Positions 56,253 through 64,000 of a stretch of DNA of 64,000 bases are shown here, one piece after another. Source of the DNA: Octopus vulgaris (taxonomy: Eukaryota). The stretch is from positions 9,486,001 to 9,550,000 of the forward strand of contig OX597821.1 in NCBI GenBank assembly GCA_951406725.2, given 5' to 3'. The notes beneath the pieces were generated by a model, which worked only from the letters and a program-made list of their open reading frames with translations, searched no databases and had not been told where the DNA came from. The translations under genes were made by a program, and so were the position numbers. The stretch's first letter is position 1, and the number at the start of each line of letters is the position of its first letter.

Positions 56253-56549
56253 CTAGCAGTAATCCCCGGCGTTGCTCGGGTTTGTAAGGGAAATAACTAT
56301 ATAAGCATTTTAGAGAGTTACTTCCCTTATATAATAGCAAAAAAAATGCATTAAAAATGGGAAAAATTATGGTAATTTCTTTTTAAATCGTAGACTCATC
56401 GTAGACGCGCGCTAATATCCAGAAGGGCTCGATATGTATGACGACTATAAGATACCCGCTTTTGGTTAAACTGCACCGCAAAATCTGGGAGTAGTTAGGA
56501 ATCTAAATCGTAGGAGACAGACACAAAACTTCACTTTTATATATAAAGA
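56253..56549 (-). mobile_element. Non-autonomous Helitron
   Basis: A|TC...CTAG|T on the minus strand, with the same CCCGAGCAACGCCGGG hairpin and 3' end as 25473-25857. Confidence 0.8.
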
Positions 56550-59537
56550 TATTTTAAATAATGTTTAATCATGTACCTGATATTTTATACTTAATATTCA
56601 ATGTCTTATCTTCACCCTCTCGTAATTAGTGCGTTTGTTCAAAAACATATTTACTTTGATTTATTTGGGTATCTCTTTTACAAATCTCATACACTATTTT
56701 CACCCTAATAATATTTATATTTATCTATATTACTTAGAATTTTTAATTTCCTGATTACTTTTTTATCTTAGAGCATATCTTTTTCATATAATTTTATGTA
56801 CCTTTCAATTATTTACCTATATTAATTTTTAATTTCTCTTATTTCTATATAACATCTCTGCTTAGTTGTAGTAGATTCGTTTTATTACCATGCAATTATT
56901 CCTAGTCATAGCTTATAGCTTTACCCCCACAATCCTTATTACATTATCCTTCAAATCTTTTTATTCTTATTATGGTAAGTAGTTGGTCAGTTTTTCTTTC
57001 TTCCTTACTATCTTTTTTCTTCTTATCGACCCACCCTATTTTTACTTCCTTGTTAATACCCATTGCCTTGTCGACTTGTGGAGATAAAGCTTCTATATCG
57101 GTTCCATCACAGATGACCTTGATAATTTAGTAGGTGGACCTGGCCACAAATCATTTTCTTACCGCTGACCAGTAGACATTAAACAACTTCTTAAGAGATT
57201 AACTTAGACTAATGGAGCTGCGCACACCTCTCGTCATGGAAACAAATCTAAGTAGGTCACTGAGTTATTTATTCTTTCCACTACCTAAAAACTATACTAC
57301 CCTCTAGATTACTCTGTTATGATCACATATACACTCTTCTGGTCAACCTATTTTGTCAACTGAAATAGAAGCAGAATCAATTAAAGGAGCTGTTAGAAAC
57401 GGCTGTAATGGATTGACGATACTGTTACCCATATTTTATTCACCTGTCTCGGAATTTGCCCTTCGTCAATATTATGGACCGTATATTGAATTTAATGTAC
57501 ATGTCTGAAATAGCTCAGGAGCGGATTTCTTCACTCAGCTGTCTAATGTCTCCATACACTGCAAAAATATCATTTGTCATTTACGTACCAACTTTGCTAT
57601 TTACATAACAATGTTGTATATGTATATTATTCCAACCTAACAAGGTGCGTCAATTAAGTACCTAATTCAACTGAATCGTACACACACACACACACACGCA
57701 CACACACACACACACATACACACACAAACACATACATACATGCATATATACACACACATATAAATATATATGCATGTATAGACAGGTAACACTCTTCTGT
57801 CTATTCATATGCGTGTGACTGTGTGTGTGTTTACGTCAATTTAAGCTTGTATGTATATGTAAGCCGTACTATCCAAAGCTTTCCATATTTTCACGGTTAG
57901 TTGTGACATCAACAGTCGAATCTCCATAGTGAATTAGATATCCAGGCTCTCCACGGACCCTTGGAGTCATAATTAGGTAGATTCATTCAGATGCAATGAA
58001 GCAGCGACGTTTCTTTCATTTAGAGTTGCAAATCATGTGATGGCCTCGTTAGCTTTTACAGTCTGCCGTTTTTTAATCACAAACCTTTCAATGGCAGTAA
58101 ATAGGAGACCTGATATTTACTTGTTGCACTTTAAACACGTACAAAACATTTACGCGTACGTTAATATATGTGTACTGGTGTGTCTGCATACACTTGTGCG
58201 TTTGTGTGTGGCTTGCGAACTTCTATGGTTTGTATGCTAATTCAACGAAATTGTAAAGCAGGATTTAGTATTAGAACACATTTGTAGATAGTGAAATTCA
58301 ATATCGAATGTTGAGTTAAATTTATTTATTATATATTTTTTAAGATGCCGGCACACGGATTAGTAAGATGTTATGCGGGAGTTTAAGTTAGACCTCCATC
58401 TAGGTGTGTGTGAGTGTGTATAAATATATACACACAATTTTATTGGTGATTACATGTCTGTTTTGTAAGAAAAATACTTCCCGATCATGTGACTCACTCG
58501 AAAGCATTATTGGAAATGCCTTTCGCTAGAATCTACGAGAGACCAACGCTTTTTGAATCTTTTTGGTTGATCCGTGTATGTATATATGTATATATGCACA
58601 ATGTATATGTGTGCGTGTATATTTAAATGTGAATAGTTCTTTTACTGTCGAATCACTATCCTGGTGAATTCCATAGGGAAAACATCTTCCCTATCCTCTC
58701 GAGGAAATATAGTGAGAAAATGCAAAAGACGAAAATTCGTTGTCGCCCTTCATGGAAGAAACCTCACAGATAATCATAGATTCTGACAAAAATCGAGAGA
58801 AATGGTAATGACAAAAGAGAAATTTAATGAAGAATTATAATTTACAATTATGTGACTTTTGCCCTCGAAACAAATAAAGGGAAACTTGTTCGTTATAGGG
58901 TTTCAACTAAATGTTTAGAGACGGAAGAAATAGTGAAAATATACATCTAGGTGCGAAAGAAATGACCGTAGCACATCAATATGTGAGAGAGATTAAGACT
59001 TGCTTCGTCTTAACTGTGTGAATAAAACTAACATTAGCTCCTAATTATTTATTACAAATCCCATTTAGTTGAACAACTTCATCATTCTAATAAATTATTT
59101 TCAAGTATAAAAAATGCTTCAACAGTTAGAAAGGGTGATAACTGGAAGAAGGTCAAGAGAGGCAAAAGTTTCATATTTTATGACATACCTCTTCGTGTTA
59201 CTTATATGGTCCTGTATTACCTTGTAATATCAACAATCCTTTATGACTGACAAATGATGGACGCCTTTTCGGTAACGTTTTGTTCCCGATTCTGAATAAA
59301 GAGTATACATCACTGTATTTAACGTTTTGCTTTGGTACATAACTTCATGATTGCCTACACACAGTAGTCTATGTTTGGGGATAGATTCTTATATCACATT
59401 GTATACTATCATTTAAGTATGTGTTTACTATTATAGGGAAACCACATTATTTGCTCTGAGTAGAGGATCTATAGCAAATCTATTTTTTCACTAACGAGCA
59501 GAGGGCAACTTATGGCAAAGCTGAGAAGTATTTGGAT

Positions 59538-59816
59538 CAATGCTTCCCAAAGTGTGCAGTACTTCCCACTTTGGGGCGCTGGGAATATCCTGGGGTTTGG
59601 CACTGGAGAAATGTGGGGCGACAATGCGGTGTCAAAAATAGGGTAATGAATGTAGAGACAACAAATTAATGGGGTAATTAGGTTACGTTTTTTTGTGAAA
59701 CACTGTTGCTCTGAAATTTGCTGTAGAAAACGGTCTAGTTGGTGAAGTGGGGATGTGCTAAGAATGTGGCCTCGGTGCCAAGAGGGCAGCAACCAAAAAA
59801 TGTTTGGGAAACACCG
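59538..59816. mobile_element. hAT (Charlie-like) MITE
   Basis: TIRs CAATGCTTCCCAAA / TTTGGGAAACACCG with imperfect 8-bp TSD atttggat / atttacat. Confidence 0.7.
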
Positions 59817-60223
59817 ATTTACATCATAAGAATCTCAGTGACATGCCACAACTTTTAGATAGTTTCCTGCCCGCGTATGCGTTTAATCATCAAAGTATGC
59901 CTTGAATTAAAATTATAGCGTAGCTTGAATTGGGTTTCTCCAACTACATTTTTCAGATATTAAATAAGAAAAAAACATGTTTTTGCGGTTAGAGGTGTAT
60001 CTGCGAGAAAAAAGGCCATTCAGAAGGCTTCCAGAATATATGAAGAACGATTTGCTATGTGACCGGCGCTAAGATGCAGATATGGTCCAAAACAGATATG
60101 CAATTACGAGGGTGTCTTTTCAAAACAAAATCTGGTTTAAAAAGCAACACAAGACTCAATGATAGATTTAAGGTGTAAGTACAAGGGGTGGTCAGGCTCT
60201 GCGTAAGGAGTGGACAACCACCA

Positions 60224-60319
<96 letters not shown>

Positions 60320-60326
60320 GATCTAT

Positions 60327-60359
<33 letters not shown>

Positions 60360-60424
60360 AACACACTCATATATGTATTTCTGAGTTTGTGTAAATGTGT
60401 ATAGAATAATATATCAGTTGAATC

Positions 60425-60986
60425 AAGTTACATGGTCTGGTCTCCACGTTTTTTTTATTATTGCATTTAAAAAATTACAATGTTGAAGTGTGTTAAACAT
60501 TAAAATAATATTTAGTAATGTTTATGAAGTTCAATTAGCGCTTTCATACCTTTACATCATAAGAATCGCAGTGACATGCCACAACTTTTAGATAGTTTCC
60601 TGCCCGCGTATGCGTTTAATCATCAAAGTATGCCTTGAATTAAAATTATAGCGTAGCTTGAATTGGGTTTCTCCAATCATCAGATTTAAAAATGCATTGA
60701 CTGACAGTTGAGTTGAGTTTGTTGACAAATGTAGTAAAATGACTGACTTCTTCCTTTTTATACCTTTTAGCAGACTCCAACATGAAGTCTCATTTTACTA
60801 AAGTTTTCAAGAACTCAAGTCAACTGTCAGTTAATATATTTTGGAATTTGATTATTACTACGAACGTATCCGACGCTAATTGAACTTTATGAATATTAGT
60901 AGATATTTCTTTTAATCTTTAACACACTTCAACATATTAAAAAAACACACCAATAAACACGTGAAAACCAGACCATGTTGTAACTT
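60425..60986. mobile_element. Fold-back MITE with long inverted arms
   Basis: Inverted matches: catggtctgg / ccagaccatg, tgttgaagtgtgttaaa / tttaacacacttcaaca, aagttcaattagcg / cgctaattgaactt, actgacagttga / tcaactgtcagt. Confidence 0.75.
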
Positions 60987-61097
60987 TTAAAAAATATTTA
61001 TGCTGCTATATTTTAAGAATTTCACAATGACTAATTTGTACATTTTTCTTTCAGATTCTAGCTCTATTGGCCATAATTTTCTGCTCTATACGCACAC

Positions 61098-61907
61098 ATG
61101 TTCGTCCCAACTAAAAATCACATTAGAAATGTCTTACACTATGAGTTTCGTAAAGGTGTCAATGCAAGCACAGCAGCAAAGTCTCTTCATAAAGTTTATG
61201 GGGATGGAGTAGTGTGTGAAAACAGTTGCAGGATATGGTTTTTCTCGCTTCTGAACTGGGGATTTGAGTTTGGAAGACGAGCCAAAAGAAGGTCATTGAA
61301 AACAACTTGTTTCCGAAGAGATAAAAGATGTTATCCCAGAACACCCAACCGCTGTTTGTAGAGAACGTGCAGAGCAGCATAACACAGCCCATACCGCTGC
61401 TCCACGCCAACTGAAAACGATCAGAATGGTTTCAGTGGTTTAAAAATTGGTCCCGCATGCACTGTCGCCCGAGAATCTATAAAAGCGTACCGTTTATTGT
61501 CAGTCATTACTTTCATGACGTCTTAAGGAACCATTTTTACGAAGACTCGTTACAGGCGATAACACGTGAATCCTTTACTATAAGGTTAAACACCGCTGAT
61601 TGTGGATCAGTCGAAGATGAAGTCCTGTTCAACAACCAAGAGGAGGACTTCAACTAAGGAAGCCCATGTTGAGTGTGCGGTGGGATATTGAAGCAATTAC
61701 TCTTTTACTCTTTTAATTGTTTCTGTCATTTGACTGCGGCCATGCTGGAGCACCGCATTTAGTCGAGCAACTCGACCCCGGGCCTTATTCTTTGTAAGCC
61801 CAGTACTTATTATATCGGTCTCTTTTGCCGAACCGCTAAGTGACGGGGACGTAAACACACCAGCATCGGTTGTCAAGCAATGCTAGGGGCACAAACACAG
61901 ACACACA

Positions 61908-61954
<47 letters not shown>

Positions 61955-62503
61955 GACAGGCGTCTTTCAGTTTCCGTCTACCAAATTCACTCACAAGGCA
62001 TTGGTCGACCCGGGGCTATAGCAGAAGACACTTGCCCAAGTTGCCACGCGGTGGGACTGAACCCGGAACCATGTGGCTGGTTAGCAAGCTACTTACCTGC
62101 GCCTTGTTCATAACGAAAAGTTAGACAACAATGAAACAGTTGCTTCTAAACTCTACTGTGATCAACGTCATCATTCGAAAGCGGCTTTGAAAAGAAATGA
62201 CCCCTGTCTAGTCAACACAAAGCGTGCCATCTTCCACCATGATAATGCTCGTTCTCACACACCTCGACTGACCGAAGATCTCTTCGGATATTCTACAGGC
62301 TTTGCTCCTTTTTATCATCACTTGTTGCGGGGACTACAGAACCATTTGAATGGTCTTAAGTTGCATCAATAGAAGAGGTTGAAAATGAGTTGGATTCATA
62401 TTTCGCATCAAAACCTAAACAGTTTTACAAACGTGACATTTATAAGCTTAATAAGAGATGGGATGACGTTCTAGAAAGCAATGGAAATTATGTTAATGAA
62501 TAA
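61098..62503 (+). mobile_element. Degenerate mariner transposase interrupted by a family-A SINE (61697-62104, minus)
   Basis: MFVPTKNHIRNVLHYEFRKGVNASTAAKSLHKVYGD...WF, WVPH.L remnant, TGD, FHHDNARSH, YS...AP..HL.R.LQNHL, FY...I.KL..RW..V...NGNY. Many frameshifts. Confidence 0.85.
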
Positions 62504-62507
62504 ATCT

Positions 62508-63405
62508 TTATTTCTTTATTGCCCACAGAGAGCTAACCATAGAGGGAGAAATAATGACAGGCAAAGGGATTAAGTCGATTACATCGACGGCAGTGCGTAA
62601 TTGATACTTTTTTACGCGACCTCGAAAGGAAGACAGTAAAGTCGACCTCGGCGAAATGTGAACCCGGAACGTAACGACAGACGAAATACAACTAAGCATT
62701 TCGCCCGACGTGCTAACGATTCTGCTAACTCACCGCCTGTTAACGAATAAATATTATTTTCTACTCTAGGCAGAAAGCCCAACATTTTTGGGGAGGGGCG
62801 CAGTCGATTACATCGACCCAAGTGTGTAATTGTTTACATTGACCCCAGTGGTATTTATTCACATCGATCCCAGTGGTATTTATTTAATCGACCCCCTAAA
62901 TGGTGAAAGGTAAAGCAGACCCCGGTGGGAATTTAGCGCAATGACAGACGAAATACCTCTAAGCATTTCGCCTGGCGTGTTAATGTTTCTTATTCTTTTA
63001 TTGCCCACAAGGGGCTAAACATAGAGAGGACAAACAAGGGAAGATAAAGGGATTATGTCGGTTACATCGACCACAGTGCGAAACTGGTACTTAATTTATC
63101 GACCCCGTAAGAAGGACAGGTGATGTCGACCTCGACGGAAATTGGATTTTGAGCGTAAGATAGACGAAATACCTATATCTTTACTACCCACAAGGAGCTA
63201 AACACAGAGAGGACAAACAAGGACAGACAAACGGATTAAGTTGATTATATCGACCCCAGTGCGTAACTGGTACTTAATTCATCGACCCCGAATGGATGAA
63301 AGGAAAGTCGACCGCGGTGGAATTTGAACTCAGAACGTAGCGGCAGACGAAATACTTCTAAGCATTTCGCCCGGCGTGCTAATGTTTTTGCCAGCTCGCC
63401 GCCCA
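62508..63405 (-). mobile_element. Tandem cluster of about four family-B SINE units
   Basis: Repeated gtcgattacatcgacc...ggtacttaatttatcgacccc...aaagtcgacctcggcggaatttgaactcagaacgta...gacgaaatac blocks. Confidence 0.85.
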
Positions 63406-64000
63406 TTAACGAATAAATGGGCTTTTTCAATATTAACAGCGACTCTAAACTCGGCCATAACATTTGCGCCGACCTGATACATAAAGATACAAATGCAAGC
63501 ACAGACACACATACATACACCCATATATGGATGAATGTTCTGATATAATAAAACATATATGCGCACGTGCTTTCAGGAAAGCAGTAAAATGACTTACTAT
63601 TATTGAATAGTACCTAACCTTTGTATACGGCTTCCATTTAATTATTGAACCTTGGAACTTTTGCGGAAAAGTACCAAAAACTCGTTGCAATTTATAATCA
63701 TATTTATTATATTTAGCGTAATATCAGTAAAATATGATACGACTTAGTTAGGTATCAGACGATACTGTAGAGCTTTTTCGCAAATCATACGTATAATTTA
63801 TATACTCGTGCTGGAAAAGTTTTAAGTCATCTTTGCAGATTCTCGTCAAATTTATGAAATCATATTCACATATTTATTCCAAATACTGAGCAGTGCAATG
63901 TGAAGGTATTTGTCTCATTTCCCCACACAAAGATGGATTTATACAGTCATAATTTGTTCCCAATATTAAATATAAAATTATATGTTAATATCGGGAAAGT

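Noticed and set aside
57440-57560. Minus-strand AG...GT-bounded segment as a receptor exon
   Set aside because: It has stop codons in all three frames.
62508-63405. Regularly recurring palindromic gtcgattacatcgac units as a CRISPR-like or attC-like array
   Set aside because: The intervening sequences are homologous to each other; these are tandem SINE copies.

Overview
AT-rich, microsatellite-saturated eukaryotic DNA. The repeat families and the gene point to an animal genome, most likely a coleoid cephalopod such as Octopus (inference, not verified). The only host gene I can support is the 3' part of a minus-strand class A neuropeptide GPCR of the orexin/allatotropin receptor family. Its three coding exons (26856-26997, 19676-19788, 10154-10317) splice in frame through GT-AG introns and encode TM6, TM7 and the C-tail. 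I found no TM1-TM5 exons, so the upstream intron probably runs past the window end (>37 kb). The rest is repeat-derived: a young CR1-like LINE, R4/Dong-like LINE fragments in (TAA)n, Penelope-like GIY-YIG remnants, Tc1/mariner fossils, two non-autonomous Helitrons, MITEs and at least three tRNA-derived SINE families. The most unusual signal is a set of minimal type-I hammerhead ribozyme motifs linked to Penelope ends and microsatellites, including core variants (U3-A8; CUGUUGA). One 4.35-kb insertion (46095-50466) is flanked by an 11-bp target-site duplication, and its backbone is a head-to-head dimer of [tRNA-like head - (AAT)n - hammerhead tail], i.e. a candidate Penelope-mobilised, ribozyme-carrying SINE. 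Almost all short ORFs in the supplied track are microsatellite artefacts. All family assignments are from motif recognition by eye; no database search was run.
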